Of a DNA stretch of 64,000 nucleotides, positions 27,959 through 42,530 are shown piece after piece. The stretch comes from Antedon mediterranea (lineage: Eukaryota; Animalia; Echinodermata). How positions within the stretch are numbered: the first letter of the stretch is position 1; every line of letters begins with the position of its first letter. The notes beneath the pieces are model-generated. The model made no database searches, was not told the origin of the DNA, and saw nothing but the letters and a program-made list of their open reading frames with translations. The position numbers were made by a program, and so were the translations under genes. The stretch covers positions 26,988,871 through 27,052,870 of the forward strand of contig NC_092676.1 of NCBI RefSeq assembly GCF_964355755.1, given 5' to 3'.

Positions 27959-30505
27959 ATCGTGTGAATGATATAGATGTGATAAAATATGTATTTAAGC
28001 TAAAAAATTAATAGTTATTAAATAAATAAATGGGATAAATTATATCATTACATTTGTCCTTTTTTGACAATCGCACAAATCTATCACAAAGAAGATCTTT
28101 TTTATTTGAAATAAATATTTTGCAACATTTGAGGACGCATACAATTAAGAAGCTTTTACTGTGATTCTTTTTCAAATAACATAATCTATACATTCAGACA
28201 AAATGTATAATGATCCTTTTATAAATATATAGATCAACTACTTATTGGACAATCTCGCATTAATAGAAGTCACTGAGCAATATTATACAGAATATACATT
28301 TCAATTTATAGGAAAAAATTGTACAGTACTGTATATTTTTGGAAAAAAAAACAATTATTAAACGTTTTTGTTTCTATCAAGTCATCAACATTTTATAATG
28401 ATTATATTAAACTCCAATTAAATTTATAAAAAAAAATATTTCTAATATGTTATTCTAAATTATTATGTAACTGAACTAATTTATTTTAAAAAATTATTTC
28501 TAATATGCTATTCTAATATGAAGGTATTCAAATTAATTGAGCGAAGATATTTCTGTATGATTTATTAGAAAATGTACACATAATTCAACATCATAAAAAG
28601 CAATAATATATAATTCATTTCTATTCCCTCCAAGACTGACTACATCTTGGAGCCTATTTTAATAGTTGAATGACCGAGCTAAAACATGAGCCTCTGTCTT
28701 GCAAATGTATTTTTAGAATCTTAATTAGAAGTAAAAAACATTCAAGTCCATGTGGCCGCATCACAAATGACCATCTAATCAAGTAGTAGAGAGGAATTGA
28801 ATATCTTGTCCGCTAAGATAAAGTCCAGCACAAGGAGTATGCTATTAAGTATTATATTCTCAAGTCAATGATTCGCTTAACAATAAATCCTTATACTCCC
28901 GCGAGAAAATACGGATAACTAATGGCAGTGATTTCTCTAATGTAAACTTTAAGGCTCCACGTTAGAAGGTGATAAATGACGTTTGTCTATTTATTTATTG
29001 TTTAACATTTTGCAATGGGGTTTATGATTTCATGAACGTGCCTCAATGTTTAACATCTTAATGTTTTAGACTGCCTGCATGAATACAGTGGATTTAAAGT
29101 ATTTGAAGATGGCAATGATACAGAAAATAATATTGGCATTTAGAAAAGAAGTTGAAAATGATGTTGATCATAATTTCATTGTTGATGTGTAGTGGTGTTA
29201 CAAAATTTGCAATTTGGGAGATATTTTGTTTTGGTAAACTATATTTTAAAAAACAGTAAGATATATTTTCAAACTTCAATGCAATAATTGGCCATAAAAT
29301 AACCTTTTGGACAGAGTTCACTGGAAACGAAGTCATCTGACCATCCAGTGCATCACCGGTCATTAGGACATCTGCTATCTCTTATATGGGATAGGTGACC
29401 AATGGACAACGCATATTTATGAGGTTTATGATATAGTTTTATCCTGACGACTGGGAAAATTGTGAAAAAAAATTGCTGATAAATAATGGTAATTGGCCTT
29501 CATGGGTCAAGTGTGTGTTGGTCAACAAAAGCATTGTTTTGGATTTATTAATAAATGGGCATTAGTAGAGATTATAGTTAATCTTGACCACTGGATAATG
29601 TGCAAAAGAAACTGGTAGTTGGCCTTCATGACTCCAGCTTGCACAGCTAAGGAGGATTGTTTTTTAGATTAATATTATGAAATATGTGGGTTTTTCAGTT
29701 TATTTCTAATAGGTCCAGATATGATAGTTGATCAAACAAAAATTGAATATATTTTAATTAATAGTATAAGCAGTCATTAGAATTAATAATATTAAATAAA
29801 TATATAATTTTTAAAGGATTTAGTATCAGAAAAATATGTTAAATTGTACAAATAAAATTGTTGCTATACTGTTACTGTACAGTATACAAATAATATGATT
29901 TCAACAACAAACTAATAAAATTAATAAATCTTCTTGTAATGAATAAATCAGTGTATCTATCACCAATTTAAACTGATTTCTACAGAAAAATATTATAAAA
30001 AACATAATCAAGAAGAACAAATTTTTTATGATAGACTTTAACACACTTATCAATCATTCCATTTATCAAAAAGCCTAGATTTATTTATTGCCGAATAACT
30101 TGCTAACTGCGAAAATTAATCATTATGATCATTATTGTATACACAAATGCTTCTTTCAATTAAAGATAAATTATCTGAAGCATTTAAAATATGTCTCAAT
30201 TAATTCAAAATAGAATAATACACGATTCAATCATGGATTTCTCAAATTGATTTAAAGACGTCTGATTTGTTCTTCTAATTAAATATATTTTGTTACAATA
30301 TGAAATATACCTAGAGAAAATTATTAATACATTTCTGTAACTAATATTGAAAGATATTGTCTATTGGGAATACCAACGTTTGTGTTGCGGAGTCTCTAGT
30401 ATCTTGTGAATAGACATTGAACAAGATAAAGTACTAGGATTGATGGACTATACAACATTCCACCTCCACAACCAAAAACTCTCCTTGTTAATCACTGCTG
30501 AAATA

Positions 30506-30714
30506 CAGTAGAACCTGTAGAAAAATGTCCACTTAAAAGGAAACCTCCTTCCACCCATATATTATACACTGTATACGTATGTTTGTTTAAATGCATTTAA
30601 ATGAATGGAAACGAAACGAAATGAAATATAATGGGCCCTAGTTTGTTTCACATAAAAGTGTCCCTTTACTAGGTGTTCCTTGAACATGAATACCCCAATG
30701 GAAGGGTTTCACTG
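30506..30714. mobile_element. Old pogo/Tigger-like MITE; related relics at ~20215-20390, 45205-45330, 48310-48450 and 51660-51880
   Basis: TA|CAGTAGAACCT ... GGGTTTCACTG|TA; shared tgtccc(c)ttaatag(a/g)gg-type subterminal motifs. Confidence 0.6.
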
Positions 30715-33700
30715 TAGTAACAAACTATCTGTCCATCCTGTAACTGCCGCGTTACTCTACTGTTGGATACCTCCAGGGTTGGATATGTATGAAAAAAAAA
30801 TGTGATTTTCACATATAAATATATAAATTGAATAATTATAAGCGACTTTCAGACATAACAGCACTAGAACGTTCCAATTTAAGTAAATGTTTGTTCAAGT
30901 ATTAAATACCGTCAATCATAATATAACCAGTAAACTATACTTCTTATCTAGAATAATCCATTTTTGCTAAGGAATTACCTTTGATTGAAATTAATGTTCA
31001 TATTTGTGAATAAAAGAATTTTTATTATTCACTTGCATGTTTTTAACTATAAAAGTAATTCTCTATTAACAATAAATCATTTGCTTTTTTGTTGCATTAA
31101 ATTTTAATTAAATTTGTTATTTTTACTGAAGTGGTTAAATTTATTTGTTATTGCATAAATTGTTTTCAATTTAAATAACAATAACATGTATATATAATTT
31201 TAAAAAAATGTAATCAAAATTATAAAATAAAAATACGGCATAGAAATAAAAATTATTTAATAATATACTTAAAAAATTCCTTTTAATGTTTATGTTTGTG
31301 ACAGATTTGCAACTAATATTTTTTGAGTAGTAAAGAAGTTATGAAACGAAAATGAAGCTGAAAGAATTCAATAGAGATATTGACTAGTAATTGCTTTGCA
31401 ACTTTACAACAATTCTCTCATACAAGTTATTTGGCCATTTAGTGGACGTGATCGGGCAGTAATTCTCGAATGATTTGACGATGTAATCAGCATTTTTTAA
31501 TGATCAAAAATCATTTAACTGTTAATTACACTATCTGCCAGTCATTTAGACATATCACGTTCTTTATGTGTTCTGTAAAACCCTAAAGAATTGATAAAAA
31601 GTAACGCTAGTATGACACGCAATTTTCGCCCAACCCATTTTACAGCTCTCTGGTGATTGCCTACTCCGCAAGGAACGTCACGATAAAATACCAATGCTCG
31701 TAGAACACCCTTGACTTATTTATGGCCGAGTATACTTGGATGAGAATCTGAAGATATTTTTGACGACAAATTCAGGACAAGAGCAACTTTGTGAAAGTTA
31801 CTTTAATAAGCGTATTCTTCTGTAAATTTAAATTAATTAAAAATTAAATTATAGAAAAAAGAATAAAAAAATAAAAACATTTTAATGAGAATATTTAATG
31901 CCATTCCCTTCCCCAACTCCCCTTAATTAAATTAGATAAAAAAATCAAAAATACGAATAAAAATGTTTTAATAATTAGAATAGTTAATGCCATATCACAC
32001 CCCTTATTGTTAGTGGCCATCCTTATCAATGTATAGGATTCATCCTCTCTCCTGCCATTGGAGACATAAAAAGAAAACACACAATTATACTAGAATACAT
32101 GGACATCTCTTCACATTATGTTTGACTTCACTGAATGATATAATGCCTGAAATGGAGTATATTTTTGTCTTCATCAGAAAGCATAATAAACAAATAACTG
32201 GGGAGATATAAAAATGTTTGTATATTAAGACCTGGAAATGAAGCAATTTTTCCTTTCGACATTCGATATTGGACGATATAACATTTTATTGGCTCTCGCA
32301 AATTGCTATTTGTAATAGGACACTTGAATATATAACCTAACTGATGTTTAAAAAAAAACAAATGTTTAAGGGGAATCCTCTCATGTTCGCGTTCTAAAAA
32401 TGCGTGGATATTCATTCCGAGGCATTTGTCGTGTATCATATCATATTTCGGTTGATATTGCGGATTTTATGTGATATTTTTAACGCAAAAGCTGTTCAAC
32501 GTGTCTTGCCAATTACCAACTTCTCACCTTGTCGTTGTCATCAGAAATTTAAGTTCTTTGTAAATGGGAAAATAACAACAGACAACTTATCAAAAGACAA
32601 GTAGTGCGTAAATATACATTTCCTAAGAACTTTTTACGGCGCAGCGAATTATTTTAGTCATAAAGTCATTTTGATATTAACTGTCACCCAAATTTCAAGT
32701 ACAGTTTGTACTAGCTATTAAACTAGCAAACTTTATTAATGTTCTTTGTTTTATAAATAGCAATTTCTCTAAAGACAATTTAAGTAGGTAACAGAATTTT
32801 AGGGAGAAAAGTATGGATACAAGAGTTAGAAAAGCTGGTTTAGAAGTGTTATTCTCATCTCATTTACTCCTTAGTATGATGATACTGTATATAAAATTAA
32901 ACTACCAATAATTTAAGGATAAAAAAAAGTAGCATATTTTGAAGCCTTTGGTATTTTGCAACTGCAATTGGAATACTGTTAGCAGGGTATAGTGTTTTCA
33001 TCAGCACGTCAAAAAGAGAACGCCCACTGGGCATATATGCACCAGACTAGGTATACTAGACAAAGATTAAATAAAAGAAAAGATGGTTCATAATTGATTA
33101 ATAAAGCCTACACAAAAACATTAATTGCTGACAGCCTAAATATAGAAATATACCTACAATAAGTCGTAATGTCATAAATTTCAAACCAAATCGCTGTGGG
33201 AGAAATGTACTAAAAACATTGCAAGTCATTTTTATTAACCCCTGCCTTTTCATGTATCGTGTTTTAACATACAGCAGTGATTGAACTGGAAGCTGAAGAC
33301 GCTCAGTCTTGCGTATCGGATTTCGGGCTTGTTGGGTAAAACTGTTGGAATCTAGGGCTCGTTGAGATGAAGGTAACATCCATTACGAAAGAATTACATG
33401 TGCTCGGAGGCGTTTCCCGAAGAACTACGATATGATACGAATCAAGGACGTTCCCCAAAGCTAAAAGTTCACCAGCTCCCGATATTAACACATTCAAAGC
33501 ACATACTGTTTATAAGACTTAAGCAAAAGCCTGGATTTAGATATTTAAATCAAACAGATTAAATAATTATTAAAGTTAAGACTTTACTCGATGTAAATTG
33601 ACATTTTATGGTGATACTAAAGTAGTTTATACACATGAAATATAGTGTATTGTAATAAAATTCTTAGAGAAAATACAATGTAATCTTATATTGTCTTTGC

Positions 33701-34312
33701 AGTTCTTTAAAACTTTAAAGTCTTCAAAGTTTTAAACATGGTTTAAAATATAACAAATTAGGAAAAAATTAAAACAATTCAATTCAAACATTTTTTTTGG
33801 ATACCATATAGTATTCAAATGAAAATTTATGCATTTAAATACAAACTTATTCCTAATATAAACATATAAAATAAATTTAAAATTTAATTCCAAGCATTTT
33901 TTAGCCAAATTTCAATATGTAAGCATACAATTCAAAGAATGTTTAAAAAAATGAAAAAACTTATTTGTAATATAAAATTTAAAAATAAATAAAAAAAACT
34001 TAATTTCTAGAATTTTGGATTCAAATTTGAATATGTAAGCAAACAATTCAAAAAATGTAAAAAATTATTTTTCCATTATGTCTGGCGGCAAAAAAATCTA
34101 CAAAAAGAACATCACAAGGAAAAAATAATTATATTGAGTGTCAAAATAAGACAAATGGGAATTTAGATAACACGTTTCTGGTAGCCCATTCTATCTGGGT
34201 TTATCGCTTGCTTATAGTCCCATCATTTTGAACGACAGGCATCACAACTAGGGTAGCCAACCTAGATGAAAAACATCTTCTGATGTAAATTCATTTTGCT
34301 GAATTATATTTA

Positions 34313-35179
34313 CCGTATATTTCGGTGTATAAGTCGCACCTGTGTATAAGACGCACCCCCAACTGAGAGTAAAATATCGGTATTTTTTATATCGTCGATG
34401 TATAAGACGCACCTTATATTTCATCAAAACAATGTTTTTTTTAATTGTAATCAATATTATTGTAATAATATATTTTGTTATATCTACAACGGCGTCCTTT
34501 ATTTAGGTTTTTTCTTACCTAGGCTCGGCCGCGCCCAGCCTCAACAAGTTCTTTCTAACTTGTTTAAATTCATGAGTTTCGCCGCAACATCGAGTGCATG
34601 ACCGTGTGTAACACGCACGTGTGTGGGCTAGCCTCGCTCGATCATTTCGAGAGGGCGCACGTTTTCACGGACAATCGTATTCGATTAGTATCTATGTATC
34701 CGAGAAGTGTGTACGCTAGGTCCATGCTATAATCACCTGGAGAATATACTAGTCGAATACCGTACATCATGTGCCACCAAAAGAAGGGCTTGCGCTTGGA
34801 GTACGGCGATCGTGCGTATAACTACTGTATAAATAAATACTATTCCAATCGTACGACGTAAACGTTTACAAATGGAATTTTATCGGAGCGCCATAATGAA
34901 CAAATCTTTTCATCATATTTAGTATAACATCATGCTAAAATGACTTGAAAACTAGGCCTAGGCAGAAGCAGGTTACCGTTACGTTAGTTAGTTACTGTAG
35001 CTAGGCCTAGCCTACTCAGGCTGAGCTCAGGCCTAGCAAACGAGGTGACGATAGCCTAGAATAGGCCTATGTACAATCTGTGTGGTGAGAGGCACTTATG
35101 TTCGGTGTATAAGACGCACCCTTAATTTAGAGGTCAAATTTGCGTGTCAAAAGTGCGACTTATACACCGAAATATACGG
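34313..35179. mobile_element. Tc1/mariner (pogo/Tc2-like) MITE, 867 bp
   Basis: Perfect 27-bp TIR CCGTATATTTCGGTGTATAAGTCGCAC; TA on both sides; internal repeats of TGTATAAGACGCACC; CpG-rich interior; no transposase. Confidence 0.92.
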
Positions 35180-36950
35180 TAATATTAAATTTAAAACTTG
35201 AAAATGAATAGTTGTTGATACAAAAGAAAATTTATCTAAAAGAAAAGGATATATTTATTAACCAACAACAACATTTATTTAGAAAACAGTTCATAAAATA
35301 AAAACAGCATACATTAAAAACAATAACTTAAAATATCAACATTATATAAGAAATGTTTTCAATTGTTAAAACATGTAAGCGACTATTATAATCGGTTTGC
35401 TTTTTAAAATTATCGGAATGATTTCATTGGAAAATAAAGGCTAGGGTAAAAATTGTATCTGTTTAATGGGTTTTCTATTAAAAATTATTTATGAATATTA
35501 TAGAGGTTGCCATTGGTGGGTTTCTTCTCATGTGTGTTGTGTTTACAAGATTTGTTGTTTGATGTTGCCCTTAATTTCTTCCCATGAACGCTATTTGCTA
35601 TAAACCTTATAGAATAAATCTATATTTATTTTGTGTTATGATAAGTCTATTTCGTGCCTAGCTTACCTGGATACCAATACCACTGTTGGTTTGTGTAATT
35701 TAATGACTATATACTGAAAATGTTTTAAAATTATTTTGTCCTTTTATGAATGTTTCTTACTAATTTTTATGTATGTATTCAACTAATTTTATAAATATAT
35801 GTATGGCCTTAGGGCTATTTTACTGGATTGTGGCAATAAACAATATATTAAAATTAGTATATGATCTCTATGGTAGTAATAGTTTAATAATAAAGATTTT
35901 AATACAAAATTAGTAGAAAAAAAGAAAGTAGGTCTCAAATACTTGAATAAAAAAACTAGAAATTTGCACATAAAGCATCCTTTTTAATTAAGTATTTTGA
36001 TAAATTGACAGTACAACAAGAGGAAAACATTAGTATTTCTTTACGAGGAAAACATAATGTGATTGACTTGTAACTATTTAAAATAGCTATTATATATTTA
36101 AAATATAATCGTTTGTTAAATTGGCTCAATACAGTGATAAGTTCATAAGTATAGAAATGACGATACAACGTTTCACCTTGACCTATTTATGGCTTTGTCC
36201 GTTACAACCAAGGGTTAGTCATTAAATTGCATAACCGCCTTTATCAAATATTGTACACAATTACAAATATTATTGAATGCGAGTTTTCGATCATGCATTC
36301 ATTTAAAATAAAATTAGAACAGCATTTAGTATTATTTTAATGGTTGGATAAGTTTATTAAACGTGCGTCCATACAGGAAATTGTTCTTTTAAAAGTAAAG
36401 AAAACTAAAATGTCAATCTTCATCAGAGAGGTCATTCATTTCTAATAAAACATTTTAACAAAGAAATATTGACATATTTTTTCTATTATATTACAAATTA
36501 TATTGTTTACAATCTGTTTTTTAAGGGAATTACCATTTTTATCTTTTATATTTTTATAAATTTTCTACATTTTGATACAAAAGTTTAATTCATAAATTGT
36601 GATATTTTTTATCAATTTTGAATGAGTAATTCGAAATAGAATTTTTTTGCTAGAAGTAGGATACTTTGAAAATTTATTACTTCATTTATTAACGTTCATT
36701 AAACTTTTGTCTTTATTTTTTTTTGGGATGCGTTCCCTAGAAAGATGTACGAGGTGATAATTTATAGATAGAAAAATTGTTGTAATAAAAAAGTAAATAA
36801 AAATATAATTCGAATATAATCTGAGAAATTTCTTTTTAGTGGTACACATAAATAATATGTTATATATTCACCAGCTTTTTTTTATGATAAAATTTATCTT
36901 TCTATAAAAATATATTGATATATAGGTACTGTACAGTATCATATAATACA

Positions 36951-37110
36951 AGCTGTCTATACTATCAAACTACTTTGACAACAAAAGTATGATGTACCCA
37001 ACAAATATGGTAGTGATATGCCCAAATATGGTAGTAATATGACATCATCATGTCCATATGGGCACATCACATTTTTTTGTCACATGAAGTTCGATAGTGT
37101 AGACAAGGCT
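36951..37110. mobile_element. MITE family A
   Basis: agctgtctatactatcaaact ... agttcgatagtgtagacaaggct|taa; internal 19-bp units. Confidence 0.8.
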
Positions 37111-40002
37111 TAACACTATACAACAACAAACGAAAACAAACTATTAAAAAAAATATTTATCATGTTTAATCTTGGACGGTGTGGACACAGGGCAGTTGCC
37201 ACATACGTTTTGTTTTTCAGTAGCCCACTGATATTTAAAAACATTCTTTTTCAATAAAATCATCATTTAAAAAAAAAACAAACATGTAATTCTAAGATTA
37301 ATCAATGGCTTACTAATCCCAAATTAATCCACAGTGTATATTTTGTAGGATTATGCAGATTACTAAAGCTAGTGATCTGTGTTATCACCAGATTATAAGA
37401 GATTATCACAATTTCCTGATGCCTCAGGAGGATTCAATCATTTTCTATGATGAATGTTATCACATGTGATTAGTTGCAATATTAATATTATAATGTGCAT
37501 TATCAACTCTTTGTTTGAAATTTGTATTAAACTTGGGATGCCACAAAGAAATTATGTCAAGTATTTTTAATGTCTCTTAAAAGTTTGTTAAATGTTTTTT
37601 TTTAAAATAATGTTTTGGTATTATGGAATGCCTTTGATGTCAAAATAAATCTGCAATAATTGAATCAATTATATTGATGTCAGATAGGATAAACAGAGTG
37701 GAAAAAGTTCCCCAAAAGAGTAAACTACACTAAACCTAGTCTGGTCTTTGCTTGCTATCCTTCTATCATTGTCTCCTTCATTTTTTATATTGTAAGTATA
37801 TTTATGTTTGTTTATGAATGAAAGAAATACATTTTATTTTGATTGATTAGTAACATTCACATTTCATGATTTTCAGTATTTGCATTGAAATGTTACAGAT
37901 ATTAAAAAACAGAAATAGAATAGAAAAAAATGTCTACATAGCTTGGGTTGACTGAAACCCAGATATGTAGATTTTTATTGTAAATGTTATCCCGAGGGAT
38001 AAAAGCATGACTGAACAAAGATATGAAGAAGAATATATTGTAAATATTAACATTGCATAAGAACCAAGAAAAATAAGGAAATCGGTAAAATCAGCATTTA
38101 TTACCAAATTATAAAACTGTACATTAATTTTGAAAAATAATTGGAACTTAACGAATTTTGACAAATTGACAATGATTGTTTGGGAGAGTTCACATAGGTA
38201 CGTGGACACAATGAAGATCATGTAGGCGCAAAACAAGTGTCAGATGGTCCATCGCATTCGTGATTGGTCAAATTGGTGCTCTTATAATGTTGCGTTGAAG
38301 AGTGGGAACCAATCTTATATATTGAAAACAAGCACTTATCATTATAAAATTTTACTTTACAAAAAAAATTATTTGTGATTAACGAATTACGACAGTACAA
38401 GTTAAAAAAAGATGCGTCTCTTCAACAAAATACTGACGTTGAACTTAGGCAAATAACAAAATTACCGGTAACCAAAATTATTTCTAAATTATCAAATTTT
38501 ACTAATTTAGAAAATAATTTGAGTTTAACGAATAATGACAGGATGAATTTAAAAATCATGCAGGTTGACAAGGAACTTTGAGGTGATGACAAGGATGGTG
38601 GAATTAATATGCGACTTTGGATGTGTTAACCAAACATGCTCCTGAAGCCACTGAAACATGATTTAACATCATGATTAAACGGTGACCGAAATGGAAAACA
38701 TACTGACAGGTTTAAGTAAAGTAAATCCTATTAACTATTAGGTCCGTATATAAAGTTAATTACTGGGAAGTTTAATGGCAGTTTTATGCTAAAACCAAAA
38801 CGAAGCAGTTTAATGTTGACAATTTTATTGCATAGGTTTTCATCACAATTTCTCTCTCTCTCTAGATTGAATCAACTTTCCTTTCTTATTAATCTACACG
38901 TTCGTTGTATTCACGGAGTTGAAGGGTTGTTAAATTGCAGAAATCAAATCACGGGATAATCGTAGTAATAACTCATAAATCTTTATTAATCTGACAACGA
39001 GAACGCTGTGAAGAAAAACTCTTGCGATATCCGTATATTCGTCGGTCGCGAGACCACCCGTATTTTCATTAAACAATCATTCAACTTTGACTATTACGGC
39101 CGTAGTTTTGCAAACTTGCTGACGGATGGCGATTTAACGTTATATAAAAGTTCAATTTGCGAGGCTGATTCAGAAAGATTTAAGGTTGATGGGACATTAA
39201 TAATAAGATATATTATGATGTTGGTTGGTTTGTAGCATTAATTTAAAAATGAATATATCCCTGTGATTTTATCAACTTGTAAAAAAAACACTGCTTTCAA
39301 ATGTAAGATTCCTTCATATCTTTAATTTTACTAAAATTTAAACATTTCATAATGGGTATAAACTTTAGACATTTCATTTTCATTTTATTTATTTTGTCAG
39401 AAAAGAACAAATACATATAAAACATAATATTTTTAATAATGTCTTTTTTTCAAATAACTTTTCCAAATCAGCAAAAGTATAAAATAAAAAATAGCTAACA
39501 ATAAACTTACCTAGAATGTCTAAATATAGTAAATAAATTTGACATTTTAATATTAATGACATTTCTGCAAATCATCATACAAGACAAGTCAAACAACAGT
39601 AAAATGGAAATAAAATATTATATTCCGATGGGAATTGAACCCAAACCTTCAAAATAACAACCACATGCTGACTAGAATTCATGTGTTACTCGAGGTCTCC
39701 TGCAGAAATTCCCGTTGGAATACATTATATAAACATACATTGGATTATTTCTCAATAAAAGCAGTTCAAAAGCACTGGGACGGCAGATGACAAAAATTCA
39801 TGTAGTAATATATTGAGGTATCCTGTGGAAATTCCCAATGGAATTATAGAAATTCTCCCTACGGAGTTACGTCTACAAATGTTGGATTCATTCTCTATTT
39901 TAGCAATGAAAAAACCACTGATTGTAGATAAATTGTATATGAAATGTAAATGGCTAGAGTCTACCATGGATAGAGAAAATGTATATCAAATTGCAGGTAG
40001 AG

Positions 40003-40170
40003 TCTATCATAGACCATAGAAAAATATCTATCATAGACCATAGAAAAATATCTATCATAGACCATAGAAAAATATCTATCATAGACCATAGAAAAATATC
40101 TATCATAGACCATAGAAAAATATCTATCATAGACCATAGAAAAATATCTATCATAGACCATAGAAAAATA
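40003..40170. repeat. 24-bp minisatellite, 7 identical copies
   Basis: (TCTATCATAGACCATAGAAAAATA)7. Confidence 0.97.
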
Positions 40171-40555
40171 TACATCAAATTGGAGGTGAAAAAGAACAGA
40201 AAGTCTGGTAGAACTAGCTTTTAAAATCATAGAAACATACAATTGTTAAAGTGCGATCAAAACTGTAAGTGAACATTGGTTAAACCATGGAAATCTCAAT
40301 AAAAATGTTATATAAATCAGAAGAAGATAATAAATTTAAATAGATGAATGCAAAAGATAAATAGCTGATATTTAAAAGTAAGATGATCAAAAGATAAAGA
40401 GAGAATATAAAGAAAGAAAATGATTGATAAATAAGAGTATTTCAGATTTACAATACTGTCAATCAAATACTATTCATATGTGCTAAAATGAAAAATATTT
40501 CATATAAAATGTATTATTAATATATATATAATTATATATATAATAATATATATTA

Positions 40556-40729
40556 TTCACTTGCACTGATGAAGGGCTAGTGTTGCCCGAAAGCTCTGCT
40601 AACTTTTCTGGCTGTTTATTTTATCGTTTTGATTTAGCTTTTCGCTTTTTATTTTTGTATCTCCATTGAGATCCAGCCACTGATACCCACAGCATTGTCA
40701 TTTTTTTCAGTAATTTGCCTTTGGATTTA
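40556..40729 (+). mobile_element. ~174-bp Penelope pseudo-LTR/retrozyme-like repeat, copy 1
   Basis: Near-identical (about 4 differences) to 42357-42530; begins with a hammerhead core; sits inside a (TA)-rich tract. Confidence 0.7.
40563..40599 (+). ncRNA. Minimal type-I hammerhead ribozyme motif
   Basis: GCA-CUGAUGA-A-GGGC(UAGUGUU)GCCC-GAAA-GCUC-UGC: core boxes, 4-bp stem II, 3-bp stem I, palindromic AGCU in place of stem III; predicted cut after C40596. Confidence 0.72.
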
Positions 40730-42356
40730 TAATAATATATAATTATATATAATTATATATATATCGTAGAGAAAAGAAGTCCAAATTCTTCTTAAAGGAA
40801 TGAAAATAACTCTTACTCCTAGGGAGATATTTGTCCTGCTTAGAAAGAAATTTAGAAGGAAAAAAGTCCATAAGAATGTGGAAATAATATAACTTTTACA
40901 TACACCCAATATTATGAATATGTGTCACTGTCAAGGGACTACATCCATAACCATTCATTGCCAAATATTTTTTTAAAAAGAATCAGATTAAACAGTAAAA
41001 TTAATAAATATATCTATAAGAAAAAAATCAAAAATTTAAAATGTATAACACTGTACTTTATTTTAGTTATTTTAGGATACTTTGAAGAATGTGCACACAG
41101 CTGTTTCGGAAGATGAAGTTAGAATTTAGCCCGCTAGGTTTTGGTATTGTATGATTTGGTATGTGACCTAAAGTCAACTAATCTTAGCCTTTAATCTAAT
41201 ACCTTTAATGCCAACATAGTAAAGTCTCATCACCTAGAAATCTGCATCTAGACAGATTTGAATAAATGCCAACGTTGTACTGGGTCTTTTAACATATACA
41301 AATGTGCCTATATACATCAAATGCTGGATACCCTTAAGCTCTTCCAGAATGTCTAGTTTTACTCAAAAGTATTATATAACCTCTGATCTTTTTAGACTGA
41401 GAGAAGTGGCATGAACACTGTGATGTAAATGCCATCAAATCATACTATAGACTGTGGCCATTCTAACGGGTTTGGATTAGACTCACAGTAACAACATCGT
41501 AGATCCTACAACAACCATAACACCAGTCCCGCAATATTTGTGTGAATTTACCATAGGACCAATACATTAACATCCCATTTGAAGGATGAGGAAATGTGAT
41601 TATGCATTTGTCTAGACACACATACCTTCTAATGTCAGTTCTATGTCTGTGGCACCATATCATGTTCTGGTCATTAAAACACATCATCAGCAAAACAAGA
41701 ACAATCAATATCGCACCAATTATGACCATATTATAATCATAATCATCATCATTATCAATAATTTTCATCATATTATGAACACCAGTAATTACCGTATAGA
41801 AAATATCAGTAATTAACTGTATAGAAAACGATTTAATTCCATGAAAATACACCGAGAAATTGAGTCATATGATATTTAGTTAGATCACATGACTCTGCGA
41901 GGTTAATTTCAGTACGCTGAACGAAGAAAGCCACAGTAATCTTATAAAACCGGAGACTTTGGAAGGGTATATACAGCTAATGCTGATAAGTTAAATGGAC
42001 ATAGACATTATTATAATGCTGTATTTACAGATGTTTAAACACCATAGGAGTATAAATAGCAATTATGTAACTATTTAACAAATATACTATAAATTGATGT
42101 TGTTTATCTAGTACTACATGCCAGCATTTTATTTGTTACTATTGTAATAAATAAATATAATTTTGAAGACGATGCACTGCTATTAATTTATCTCATCATA
42201 CATCTTTAATTTTTAATATTAAACAACATAATTTAAAGATACATTTCTATTTAAATATAGTTTTTATGCATGAATATAAAAGCTAATTTCAATAAAAATC
42301 ACACTGTCTGTACCTTATTTCTTATGAAGGATGCTAACTATTGGTTTCCAAATTCC

Positions 42357-42530
42357 TTCACTCGCACTGATGAAGGGCTAGTGTTGCCCGAAAGCTCTGC
42401 TAACTTTTCTGGCTGTTTACTTTATCGTTTTGATTTAGCTTTTCGCTTTTTATTTTTGTATCTCCATTGAGATCCAGCCACTGATACCCACAGCATTGTC
42501 ATTTTTTTCAGTAATTTGCCTTTTGACTTA
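42357..42530 (+). mobile_element. ~174-bp Penelope pseudo-LTR/retrozyme-like repeat, copy 2
   Basis: Direct repeat of 40556-40729, offset 1801 bp. Confidence 0.7.
42364..42400 (+). ncRNA. Minimal type-I hammerhead ribozyme motif
   Basis: Identical 37-nt motif to 40563-40599; predicted cut after C42397. Confidence 0.72.

Noticed and set aside
39954-40242. Repetitive ORFs (SIIDHRKI)n and reverse-strand equivalents
   Set aside because: Product of the 24-bp minisatellite.
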